Shown piece by piece: positions 1 to 11,584 of a DNA stretch of 37,232 nt; position 1 is the first letter of the stretch; every line of letters starts with the position of its first letter. The stretch is from Thelocarpon superellum (Eukaryota): positions 1 through 37,232 of the forward strand of contig JAPEUG010000144.1 in the NCBI GenBank assembly GCA_026025795.1. Reading direction: 5' to 3'. The position numbers were made by a program, and so were the translations under genes. A model generated the notes under the pieces. The model was not told the DNA's origin and made no database searches. It saw only the letters and a list, made by a program, of their open reading frames with translations.

Positions 1-141
1 GACATTCTTGCAGCATTCGTACATCATACACCACCTACGAGGCAAAGAGATGTTAGCGCCGTCGGCGCTGCTCGGTAACTTGGCGCTGCTTGTCGCTCGC
101 TCATTGTAAGGCGGAAGAAACCAGCGGCACCGTCAGCACAA

Positions 142-311
142 CCCGTCTCCCATATCTCCCTTGTCTCCCATGTCTCCCTGTCTCCATGTCTCCCATGTCT
201 CCATGTCTCCATGTCTCCATGTCTCCCATGTCTCCATGTCTCCATGTCTCCCATGTCTCCATGTCTCCATGTCTCCCATGTCTCCATGTCTCCATGTCTC
301 CCTTATCTCCC
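142..311. repeat. Minisatellite of CATGTCTC(C) units (8/9 bp), ~20 copies, with a 25 bp (8+8+9) higher-order period
   Basis: 15 perfect CATGTCTC copies between 169 and 300 plus degenerate edge copies; the 9 bp variant recurs at 218, 243, 268 and 293. Confidence 0.97.
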
Positions 312-782
312 GCATCGCTGCGCAGTGAAAGTCCATCGTTCATCATCTACCGCGTAAGGTTCAATTTGAAGACACATCAGTCACTTAGAACTTCCATCGA
401 CATGGTTCCCTCATTCGTTTTACCGCGGTGGCATATCCAATGACGGAGATCGACCCGGGCTCGTTAAACTTTCTTAGTGGGGTCCCCCCAGAAACGGTGG
501 CGTACTCGCATCTGACGCGAGAACGAGCCCTACGAGCCGTGTAATCACCAATACCATACGGTACGGGCACTCAGTACCAGGTAGCTGGAGCAGCCGAGCC
601 GATGGGTCTGCGAGTATCAGTAGCGAAGGACCGCGATCATGTCATCGTCCTTCTTGATCATCCTGTCGCACTTGTGTCAAGACCGTGGAGACCCGGCAAT
701 CTTCTCAATCAGGACGAGAGACACATCGCTGCCGCCATCTGTAGAGCCTACCTGGGCGTATCGCCAGGTGCCCCGGGCCGAT

Positions 783-812
783 CTCTTCGACCAAGGACTC
801 TTCGACCAAGGA
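783..812. repeat. Perfect 15 bp tandem duplication (CTCTTCGACCAAGGA x2) upstream of the POLD4 start
   Basis: Copies at 783-797 and 798-812, ending 53 bp before the ATG at 866. Confidence 0.9.
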
Positions 813-865
813 CGTGGTCCGGGTCGCTCTCCTTCCCATCAATACCCTCACTGCCTCCGACCATC

Positions 866-1544
866 ATGCCCGCGACACGCCGCAAATCCCATGGCCCAGC
901 CTCGAGAGGCGGGCAGTCCACCCTCGCCTTTGCCCGCGGCGCCAAAGTAACCAAACCTTCGACCGCCGCCATGACCAAGGCCAAACACCTTGAGAGCTCC
1001 TCCCTCCTCGAGCTTGACCCGGCCCAGAAGCAAGCTTCAACCAAGAGCGAGATCTCCGCAGAGGAGCAGATCGCGAAAGAGAAGGAGAATGAGACAGGCC
1101 CGAGCCCAGAGGATGTCAGCGCGCGCAAGATAGGACATACGCAGCTGCGGTCGTACTGGCGTGCGCGAGAAGCCGAGCGAAAAGCACCCCGAGGTTGGTT
1201 CTGCGTCTGACGCTCCGCTCGGAACAGGGACTGAGAGGTCCACAGTGCACCAGCAGGGTTTGAGTACGAATGAGAAAATCCTCCGACATTTTGATTTGTC
1301 GTCACAATATGGCGTGAGTCGCTCTTTCCCATCCCAGGCGTCTCACACCAAGACCGGAGACTGACGGCCGTCGAAGCCCTGTGTGGGAATTGCTCGACGC
1401 AAGCGATGGAATCGAGCGCAGTCCTTAGGCTTGCGCCCCCCGATCGAGGTCCTCGCCGTCTTGCTCCACGAAGAGTCGACAGGCAAGCCGACGGAGCAAG
1501 CCTACGTTGACGAGCTGCTGTCCACCCGGTTCGTGATCGAGTAG
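866..1544 (+). CDS. POLD4: DNA polymerase delta subunit 4 (POLD4/Cdm1 family), ~187 aa; exons 866-1193, 1246-1313, 1377-1544
   Basis: Spliced product MPATRRKS...QSTLAF (PIP-like)...EKILRHFDLSSQYG|PCVGIARRKRWNRAQSLGLRPPIEVLAVL matches the POLD4 signature FDL..YGPC.GI.R..RW.RA..LGL.PP.EV. Introns 1194-1245 (GT..CAG) and 1314-1376 (GTGAGT..CTGAC..AAG) keep the frame. Confidence 0.93.
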
Positions 1545-2306
1545 CCGTTGATGCTTTTCTAGTTTCTGCTTGTGCTTCTCATTCTACATGTGTGATCGGA
1601 TTGCCTTCGTCGCAAACAATTCCATAGCTCTGCCTCGATTTGAAGACCGGACCCAGAGACAGGTCCATTGATCAGGCGCTCCACCCATCGGACAGTCGAC
1701 CATCCCATCCTCCAATTCATTCACCGGGCCAATCGGGCCTTGCACGTACCGTGACCCTCTCCTTACTTCCTTCACACTTGATTCTCGCTTCGTGATGTGA
1801 TGCAGTGAGACCCATGGTGCCAGCCTTGGTTGGAGTGGCACTCCCCGCCACGTGGGCAGCAGAGAGCAGAGACCAGTGATCAGTGAACACTAAACAGCGA
1901 ACAGTGTGTAGTGCGTGCCCCAGCCCTACTCCATCGTCCAGGGTTGGAATTCTGAAGTGCTTGTGGAGGTGAGGCTCTTCGCACACCACATCGTCGCCAC
2001 GGAGATCGGTCGGCCCCCGCTCCCTTCGGCTGTCGGCGATTCTCATGATCGCTGACCGAATTGCCGCCCACTGTCCCTTCTGCTTCCATGAATTTGTCTG
2101 GTTGTCTCTCTTCTTTGGTGCCATTGATCGGCAGTGCAGCTGTCCTTCGAGTACTTATGCTCTAGTCGATGCAATCCCTTGCTCCCCTGACCGCCGTGCG
2201 TGACCTTGGCCCGGCTCGGACGTGGTCTCTTTGACCCCGTCTCGCCCCATCACCGTCGCCGTCGCTGTCCTCGACTCCCTCTGCGGTCGCCACACCGTCG
2301 ACGGTG

Positions 2307-4982
2307 ATGGCGGATGCCGCGGCGAGCGCCCTCCGGGCCGAAGAGTTCGACGAGGAGCGTTGTCGTGATTTCTTCGTCCACGAGCTGGGCGTCGAGATCC
2401 CCCGCTTCTATCGATACGCCGAGGGAATTCACGAGGTGCGAAAACGCATCCTCCTCCGCTATGGCGACATGAACTTCGGCCCCGTCATGGCCCTTTTTCG
2501 TGAGTTGCTGGAGCAGGACGACAATGCCGCCGGTCTGGGCGACGATGGCGACCTCTGGCGCTCGTGGCGGCATGACTACAAGAATCGTGGCGTAAGCTGA
2601 CTTGCCAGAGTCCCTCAGACTCATCCCCACGCCCCCTGTTCCCGCCCTGACTGAGACGTGCACGCAGGAGGATTATTCCAATCCGGGCACGCCCAACTTC
2701 CCCGGTCTCATCTTGCCCGCCTCGCCCCCTGCGCGGTCAGCCTATGTCCCGCTGAGCCTGGAGATGGCGCAGGACGGACTGGTGGAAAGCTTGACGACCA
2801 GCCATGACCCGACGGGTCCGGGTCGTGCCGTGCTCTCCGTGGCGCACGACGATGCCAGCGCTGGTCTCTCTCCCGCGTCCGCAGGGATCCGATCGGCGAG
2901 TGGCACCGGCGTCCACGCGGGCGTCGGTGCAGGCGCGAGCGCGAGCGCGAGCGCGAGCGCAGCAGCAGGCACGAGTGCGTGGAGGGGCCACGGCACGCAG
3001 GTCGAGGGGATGATTAGGGCGGGCCAGCGGGCCAAGGCGCACTCCACGACCAAGTGGAGCATCCGCAAGCTGATGAGTCGACGTCTATTCTCCACCTTCT
3101 CTCGGAGCAAAGATGAATGGCGACCGCCAGTGCCGCCAAAAGACGACCATCTGGTGACTCGGAAGCCTAGCAAGCAGAAGTCGCGCGACCAATCGCTTCC
3201 CCAGCTTCCGCCGCTGTCGTTGGACGGGGCCTGTGACCGTCCGGACCATCGCCAGGACAATAGCGAGCAGGGCAACAATAACGATCAACAATCGCCAGTG
3301 ATCCTCTGTTCATCCTTTGCCTACCTCCACACCACTCCCTTCACACCGCTGGGCTTTCTGTCGTCTGACCTCATGGAGCATCACACTTCCGGTCCCGCTT
3401 CGCAACGCTCGCAGCCCTCGCAAGCCTCCACTGGTCCTCGATCAGCTGCCCGATCAGCCACCACCTCATCCGGCACTCGATCAAACGCCTCCAGCAAGGA
3501 AGGCTTTCGCTCCATCACGCGTAACCTCATCCATCCTACGCGGCCGACGACGCCGCCGGGCTTCCTGGGCAACTTCAGCCCACTCGAACCGACCAAGTAT
3601 CTGCCGCCGTCAACGCCGAGTCGGCCCGCCGAGATGGCTGATGCGTACGTGGTGGCCCCCTCGGCGTCGGCGTTTCCACGCTGACCCTACTGACGCTCGA
3701 TAGGTACGAACGCTACGCCAGCATGGCTGGCGGCAATCCCTTCCAGCAGGACCGCGGCACGAACTGGCCGGCGGCCCGCGAGGAGCCGGCGGCGCTGATG
3801 ACGGGCGCGCCCTGTTACTCGCCCAGCAAGCCGACGCACTTGCACCAGTCCCAGTCGGAGGGCAACCTCACCTTCTTGCCGGGACCGAGTCCGACGAAGC
3901 ACTCGGTGGAGCGCGAGTCGAGGCCGGTGGCGGCGGCGGCGGCGTTGCCGTCGCACGAGCGTGGCTCGCCGTCGCGCGGCCGCTCCCGGTCGTCGGTCAA
4001 GTTCCTCGACGACGTGCCGGAGGAGGAGGCGGAGGTGAGCCTCCCACCGAGCCCGGTGGCGCGTTCGCGCTCGCCGATGAAGAAGATGTTCGGGGAGAAG
4101 GGGTGGCTCGGGCGGAGCGCCTCGTACAAGGACATGGGCCATGGCACGCCCAAGAAGGGGCTGAAGCACTGGGGCGGGCGCATCAAGCAGCGCGTCGAGG
4201 GCCTCGTGAGTCACGCCTCGTCTCCTCCTCTCCTCGTTTCTTCGTTTCTTCGTTTCCTTGTTGCCTCGTCTCTCCCCCCTCGCCTCACGCCTCCCTCACT
4301 AACGCCTCACGGGCAGACGGAAGACATGACGCGCCTGATGCCGAACCCCTTCCCTCAGGAGAGCGCCGCATCTTCCTCGGGCCCCTCCCCGGCCCCGCGC
4401 AAATTCGCCGTGTCGCTCGACCCGATGATGCAGTCCAAGCTGCAGAGTGAGGCCGAGCTCATGATCTGCGTCACGGCGAACCAGTTCCTGATGCAGCAAC
4501 GCAAGGAAGGACGGATGTCGGTCGAATCGCTGGTCAAGGTGACAGAGCGCTGGAAGAACCAAGGGCGTCCGCAGGTGATCGAGTTTCAGTTCGACCAAGC
4601 CACCCAGCGCGAGCTGGTCATGTTGAATCTCAAGAGCTTCCGCTTCTTCGGCCAGCACATGGAGAGCGCGATGGGGATCAACACGATGCTGTACAACTGG
4701 AAGACCGTGGCTAAGGAGATGGCCGTGCGCACCTTCTGCACGCCCGACACCGTCATCCGCAAGCACCTGCACGACATCTACCTGATCCTCGAGCTCTTGG
4801 GCGCCCCGCTTTCCACCTTCCTCGCCTTTCAAGAGATCCAGCTGCGCACGCTGAAGACGATTCGCGAGGAGCAGGCTCGCCGCGACGCCCAGGCCCAGAT
4901 CCAGTACGGTGTGGAGCGAGCCTGGCGTCCCCCGACCGCGGAGGGCCGCGACGGCATGATGCTGGGCGATCCGCATCACTGA
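2307..4982 (+). CDS. Hypothetical protein, ~809 aa, with a Ser/Pro-rich disordered middle and a globular-looking C-terminal domain; exons 2307-2591, 2668-3644, 3704-4205, 4317-4982
   Basis: Three + strand ORFs join in frame through canonical introns 2592-2667 (GTAAGC..CTGAC..CAG), 3645-3703 (GTACGT..CTGAC..TAG) and 4206-4316 (GTGAGT..CTAAC..CAG). Strong GC3 bias in exons 1, 3 and 4. The C-terminal domain (ELMICVTANQFL...GRPQVIEFQFDQATQ...RTFCTPDTVIRKHLHD) looks like a conserved fungal unknown domain; no function recognised. Confidence 0.75.
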
Positions 4983-5779
4983 TCGACAGCCTCGCTTCGT
5001 CCCGGGAAGGGCACTGAGGACGTGGGTAAGGGAGACGCACTACGACGCGGCCACGATCAGCACCGCGTCCGGAGGACAGGCGGACTTCTCTCACACGACC
5101 ACACGGCTCGCGGCTGCACTCGTTTCGCGGAGAGAGCGAGGCCTCTGGATGATGCGGGGTCTTGCTGATTTGATTTGATGAAATTCTGGGCCGCTCTGCA
5201 CCACTGACACCCCGGCCTTCTGCGGCATTCTCCTCTCTTGTACCATAGATGCACTGCACCCTAGACAGTAATGAACTTGTTTCCTTCGCTTCGTCCCCGT
5301 CCACGCGTGACCCATGAGATTCTCCTCCACCATGAACTTGAACCGTGTTGGTCGTGTTCGGTCTAGTCGTTCCTCATACCCGATGGCGGTCGCGCGGGTA
5401 TCCGTTCCATCTCCGTAGCGTCCAGGCACCGATCGCTTGATGGCTACGAGTAGGTTACTTGTACTATGGCGAGCAGTACGCCCTAAGACTCCCGCCAACG
5501 TCGCCGCCCGCCGCCAACTTCGTGCGTCATCGAGCGTGTCGTGGCTCGTCTCCCGTCCCCGGCCTCCGGTATCGTCGAGTCGGTCGCCAAGCACCAGCGT
5601 GCCCCACGTAGCTCGGGAGCAACCCTCGAATTCCCACCGCCCCGGACACCCCTCCCCTCTCATCCTAACCAACGCGCCCAGGTAGAAGCTTGTACGCTAT
5701 CTGTCCCTACCGACGAACGCATGTTAAAGCACGTGGACTGGTTCCCGACGGTCCATGGCTCAAGTCATCGCCACTGATC

Positions 5780-8700
5780 ATGTCGACCTCCCAACACACC
5801 TACGGCCCCACCTGTCTCCTCTCGCCGCCTCATTATCGCACGCGCGATGGCGTGGCCGACAATCCCCCGCCATTACGTGGACAGTTCTTCTACGCCTCCG
5901 GTCTCGCCCTCGATGACCCGCTGTCGCCTCTGCCCACCGCGGCGGCGAGTGTCGGCCTGGCCGCCGCCAAGCATCCGCCCCGGCCCTTCTCCGCTCATGA
6001 TAACGCCGCCCTGGAAGAGGCCTGGCAGAGCTGGGAGAGACGCAAGCGCGCCGAGATCATGCCGCAGAGCAACGGACGTGTGGTGGAATCCACAGCGAGA
6101 ATATTCAAGGAGCATGCACGCCCCTCGTCTCCCGTGACACGAGACGCGACCGCGATCGAGGCTGAGGTCAACGGCGGGGCATCCACTGGGGATGGGCTAG
6201 ACGCTCCACCACCTGCGGTCGATGTCGCGCCCACGTCCAGGCCTATGCGTTCGCACGCCGCGAGCGTCAGCGTAAAGACATCGAGCGGAAAGGGGAAAGC
6301 ACCGTCGCCAGCATATGGATCGAGTCCATCGGACGCGTCCACCACCGGCACGCCCTTTGTGCGAGCTCCTCCCAGGGTCGAGATGAGCCGACTTCGCGAC
6401 ACCGCCGTGATCGAACGAGATGACGCCGGCGATGGATCGCATCAAGCTGGACGAGATGGGACAGCGAATGGAGAAGACGATGGAAAGGACCACCTTGAGC
6501 CAGGCCCTCAATCGCCACGCCCTCCCACGGGGGAAGGTCAACGGGACTCGGCCAGCATCTCCGTGCCCGTGGGCATCTCTCGTCTCCATGTGGTCAAGCT
6601 TCCCAACCTCCAGATGAGACCAATCTACTGGTCCATCTCCCCCGCCCAAGATGTAACGCCGGTCATTCGCGGGACCTGGTTCTACCGGGAATCCATGCTC
6701 CCCGTCGAGCCGGAGATTGCCAACCAGTTGGAGCTGGGCTACGCCGCGCTGAAACCGTGGTCCGACACCTGGCGCGACGAGCTGCGGTGTGCCGTCGAGG
6801 TCGGGGCCGATGCTGAGGTCAAAATTGCCCACTCCATCTGGCCCGAGCAGGGCCCAGGCCGGTCCGAGACTGGCAGCCGACCATCGAGCTCTCGCGGAGA
6901 TGGTCAAGGAGGCCGCATCGGCCACGACGCCATGGAGGCTAGGACGGAGCCCGGTGAGCTTTCGGCACAGGGGCAGGCACCCGCAAGTTCCAAGCGGACA
7001 CAGAGTGCCGACGTCAACGACCCGGAAGACCCCTTGGCTCCCAAGGTCGACGCTCTTCGACTCTACGCGAAGTCTTCGGTCATCTACGCCAATACCAATG
7101 AAGCGTACATTCTCCGACCCAGCTTGCAACCGTCAGCATACTACGGTCGACGTCCGTTGGCCAAGATCCGAAGAGGTGTCCCAGTAGGTGTTCCGGTCCT
7201 TCGTGGGTTCGACTGGCGCGCGTGGGAGCGACTCCATCCGTCGAAAAAGTCCAAGGCCGTATCTCAGACGGAGCAAGTCGCCAGTGCGTCCCGATCCGGT
7301 GCGGCTACATCGGGCAGCCAGAAGCATTGTGTAGCGTGTGCGGCGGGAGAACGGCGACCCCAGGTGACGGATCTGATGTTTGTGATTCATGGGTGTGTAG
7401 CAGTTCGCAGAACATTTGTAGTTCCTACGCTAACGAATGTAGGATTGGACAAAAGTATTCGGAGCGGGTTGGTTTCCTTGACCATGGAGAAAGAGGGAGA
7501 ACAATACTGACAAGTTCTAGGACGAGAGTTTCAACTTCACCCACGCCATAAACAACTTTCGGCGGCTGATGCATATTCAACTGGCGACGGACGCGGTGAA
7601 GCCGCACCTACGACGAGACTTTGGGGGAGTAATGGTTCTTCCGGTGAGTTAACGAACCTTACAGGTGGTAGATTGGGGATGGCGGACTGATGGGACTGAT
7701 GGGACAAAGGTCAATTGGCGAACGACCATTGCGTTGAGCGACGAAGGGCCTCTTTCCGACAGCCAGACTAAGCCGGACAATGAGTTCACACTGAAAGACA
7801 TCACGCCGGACACGCTTCCGACTGTGCGCAACCTGGTCAGCGACGTGATGCTCGACATTCCATATTATCTATCGGACCATCGACCAAAGATGATCCAAGC
7901 CGTGGTACGGGAAGCCAACCGGATCTACCGCCTATGGTGCCAGAACAATCCCGGATTTCACGAGCACGGTCGATGCCACATCGTAGCGCACTCCTTGGGA
8001 TCAGCCATGGCGATCGACATCTTGAGCCAGCAGCCGACGACGATCCCAGCGCTGAACCTCTCGAGCCCCAAGATCAGCGAGCAACGCTTTGATTTTGACA
8101 CGAAGAATCTTTTCCTCGTCGGCAGTCCCGCTGGTTTCTTCCTCCTGTTGAATCGAGGTATGTCCTTGTTCAGGAATCGTTGCTGGTGGCCGACTCATGT
8201 GAGGTGTAGGCAGCCTTCAACCACGCAAAGATCGAAATAAGCCCGGCGCAGACACCGGCGACTTAGCGCGCGGCGTGGCAGGCGAAGTCGGCACGTATGG
8301 ATGCGTGGCCGTTGACAATTTATATAACATAGTCAACTACAACGATCGTGGGTCCAACGAATCCCCCTTTCCATCTTCCCTTCTCGCCCAAACTGACCAG
8401 ACCTGACCATATCAGCCATCGGCTACCTGATCGGCGCCACGCTCGACGCTCCCTATGCCGCCTCGCTCAGGCCAGCGGCAGTACCAAGCACGACGCCGTC
8501 ACTGTTCAGCACGATCAGCTCTGTATTCAGACCCACCGCTCTCGCTCCTCCACCCATTGCTCCCCTCACGTCCACCATCGTCACCACTGCCACCACCACC
8601 ACCACCGCAACCCCCACCGCAACCACAACAGCCGCATCCAGCACCACTCTCCCGTCCACGGCTCCCTCTTCCACCACCACGGGCCCCGACATTCCGCCGC

Positions 8701-9008
8701 TACTAGCAGCAAACCCTACGCTCCGCCTCCCATCGACCATAGAACTCGCCACGCACGACTTCAGCTCCGAAGAAATCGGCAGCACGAAATTCCACCTCCT
8801 GAACGACACCGGCCAGCTGGACTGGTTCCTCTCGTCCTCTTCTGGCCCGCTCGATCTGCAGTACCTCAACATGCTGGGCGCCCACTCGTCCTACTGGCTC
8901 AGTAGGGATTTCGCTAGGTTCTTGGCTCTTGAAGTCGGCAGGAGGCCCGGGAGGGCCGGTGTCGTGGACGCCTTGAGGGCGAGGAAGAGGCCTGATGTCT
9001 TGAAGTGA
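5780..9008 (+). CDS. DDHD-domain intracellular phospholipase A1 (PA-PLA1 / yeast Ddl1-like), ~979 aa; exons 5780-7392, 7443-7467, 7521-7643, 7710-8157, 8210-8347, 8416-9008
   Basis: Motifs PIYW..V.RGTWFY, FVIHG|IGQK, LP|VNWR, DVMLDIPYY, lipase box AHSLGS, FLVGSPAGFF, and DDHD residues in ND|PIGY, QLDWFL and AHSSYWLSRDF. Five GT-AG introns of 50-68 nt keep the frame. Confidence 0.92.
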
Positions 9009-9169
9009 TTTCCCCCTTGTTACTCTTACACGCTTACGAAGTGCAGCTCAGCCTGGCTTGGCTTCTCTTCTCCTTCTCGTTCCTCTTCTGCCTCCCATCG
9101 TGCTACAGCATGCCTGCCTGATGCAGTATAGATGTAGATGAAAATATCCTCTTGATTCACGCTCAATCT

Positions 9170-9221
9170 CCTTTCTTCCTTTTCTTCCTTTTTCCTTCTT
9201 CCTTCTTCCTTCTTCCTTCTC
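9170..9221. repeat. Pyrimidine-rich (TTCCTTC)n tract between the convergent 3' ends of the DDHD gene and acl1
   Basis: Four TTCCTTC units at ~9192-9219 inside a pure C/T run. Confidence 0.85.
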
Positions 9222-9353
9222 CCGCTAGGTAAGGTCCTCGATGCCGCCACTGCTTCCTCTACCGCTGCCTACGAGACTGGTACAGTACACCTTTCCCTCC
9301 CTTTCCTGCTACCCACCACCCCGAGTCCAGAGAAGTGCCATGTGACGTGTGGT

Positions 9354-9390
9354 GTCGAGGTGTGGTCGAGGTGTGGTCGAGGTGTGGTCG
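9354..9390. repeat. 11 bp tandem repeat (GTCGAGGTGTG) x3.4 directly after the acl1 stop codon
   Basis: Copies at 9354, 9365 and 9376 plus a partial copy at 9387. Confidence 0.9.
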
Positions 9391-9391
9391 T

Positions 9392-11557
9392 CTACAGAGA
9401 CACCTCCACCCGACCCTCGGCGCCGGGTCCACCCTTGGCCAGCGTCGGCAGGAGATAGGTAATGTCGTCCCACGGATGACGGTAGAGACCCGTGCGGAGG
9501 CGTTTCTGATCCAGGTAGTGCGCGATGAGTCCGATGCTGCGACCCAGGACGAACAGACCGTTCAACACGCCCATGTTCAGGTAGTCCTCGGCTTCCTCGG
9601 CACTAAAGGCCCCGCAGTTGCGCAGCAGGTCCACGAAACACACCGCCACGCAGCCGTCCACGTTCAGAATCAGGTTGTCCTTCTTCGACGTCGTCACCGT
9701 CTCCACGGCCAGAGCAAAGTCCAGCATCTTGCATGACGGGAACCGCTTCTTCACGAACTCCTTGACCAGCTCCACTCGCAGATCCGGGTTGTTGCGCGAC
9801 TTCACGCGGTGGCCGATTCCAGGAACTGCGCTCGCCGTTAGAAAGGGGCGTGATGCTGCTCACGTCGCTACCTACTCAGCTTGTTCTGCTTCCGCATGCT
9901 GTCGACAAAGTCCCGAGGGCTGAGGCCCTTGTCGAAGGCCTTGGTGAACTCCTCTGCCGCACCGTCAAGCGCTCCGCCGAATCGCGAGCCGATCGTCAGC
10001 AGACCGCTGACCAGCGCGCTGATCAGGTCCTTGCCCGCACGTGTCGTGATGATCGTATTCATCGCCCCCGACACGGCCGGGCCATGGTCCGCCGTCAACA
10101 TGAGCACCATCTCCAGGAAACGGCTGGCGTAATCGGGAAGGCGTCGGCGGAACCAGAGCAACGACATGACACCACCGATGCCAATCTCCTCCTTGAACAC
10201 GTCCGAGATGGGCATTCCCGCGTACAGCAGCTCCTGCCCACGGTCGTCCGAGATGGTCGAGATGAACGCCGCCGGCTTGCGCACGAGCCCCAACTCTTGC
10301 GCCCACGAGTAGTCGATCGGGATCTTCGGCGGCACCGGTTCCGGCTTCGGCTTGATCGTCCCCTTCTCCACCATCTTCTGATAGACTTGGTGCAGGAGCG
10401 CCGGCAGATCTTCGAACGTGTCCGGCACCGCAATGCCCGCCTCGCGCATCGCCTTGTTCTTCGACGCCGCCGTTTCGAGCTGCGAATTGGCCAGCGATCC
10501 GGCGTGACCGAACTGCACCTCCGTCTTGAACATGCTCGCGCACGTGCCAATCGCCCATGCCACAATCGGTTTCGTGATCGTCCCATTCTTGACCGCCTCA
10601 ATCACACGGTACTCCTCCACGCCACCCACCTCTCCCAGCAAGAGAAGGATCTTGCAGTTCGGGTCGGCTTGGTACCGGAGCATGTGGTCGATGAACGTCG
10701 TGCCCGGGTAACGATCGCCGCCGATCGCCACTCCCTCATACACGCCATCCGTCTCGTTGGACACGATGTTGTTGAGCTCGTTGGACATGCCGCCCGACTT
10801 TGACACGTAGCCCACAGACCCCTTGCGGTACAGCTTTGACGCCACAATGTTGTCCATCATCCCGCCCGTATTGCCAATCTTGAAGTCTTCGGGCTTGATT
10901 CCGCCCACCGTGGCCGGGCCGATGATGGTGATGCCCTTCTTCTTGGCCACGTGGAGGATCTCACGAGCTCGCTAGATGCAGAGTCAGCCTCGCCTTCTAG
11001 CACCAGAGTCCCTCGTCGCTCACCCGTTCCGGCACACCCTCGGCGATGATGGCAATCGACCGGATCTGCGGGTACTCCATCAATTCCATCGTCGATGAGT
11101 ACACACTACGCGAGGAGGCAAAGTTGACGACCGTGTCGACGTCGTTGTGCTTGGCCACCGCCTTCTCCACGCTCTGGTAGACCGGGAGCAGCGTCTCGCT
11201 GGTGCCCCAGTACCTGATGCCCAATTTCAGCAGATGACGCATCATGCTCGATGAAGTAGCTCACATCTTGCTGACGAACTGGCCGCCAAAGGTGTAGATG
11301 ATACCGGCGACCGAAGGCGTGGTGCGCTTGCAGATGAAGTCGAAGTCGAGCATCCCCTGTACCGCGCGAGGCTGGAGACCGTAGACGAAGCATCGCGTCT
11401 TGTGATGGAAGAGCGTATGGGCGGCGTGCGGGCTCAAGGGCCGACTCGGCGCCTGGAAGCGGCGGATGTTGTCGTTGGCAGAGAGGCCGTTGGTGCTGGC
11501 GTTGCCATTGGGCACGCCGTTGGAGGGGCCATTCGGCGACGCTGCGGCGGATGGCAT
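9392..11557 (-). CDS. acl1: ATP-citrate lyase subunit 1 (catalytic His / citryl-CoA lyase subunit), ~670 aa; exons 11557-11265, 11213-11024, 10971-9876, 9825-9392
   Basis: Motifs [46 protein letters not shown], phospho-His [36 protein letters not shown] and LYRHPWDDI. Three canonical introns of 51, 52 and 50 nt. Confidence 0.97.
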
Positions 11558-11584
11558 GATGGATGAGGATGAACAGAGAGGATG

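Noticed and set aside
142..311. CRISPR-like array or plant auxin-response (TGTCTC) array
   Set aside because: No unique spacers and no cas genes; the context is fungal, so neither reading applies.
24..443. ORFs with METWRHGD / MSPCLHVS repeats
   Set aside because: These are translations of the CATGTCTC minisatellite, which has no stops in several frames; mixed 8/9 bp units argue against coding.
602..865. In-frame N-terminal extension of POLD4 from the ATG at 602
   Set aside because: It includes a tandem duplication and a CT-rich TSS-like tract. The ATG at 866 has the CATC-ATG context and gives a typical MPxTRR start.
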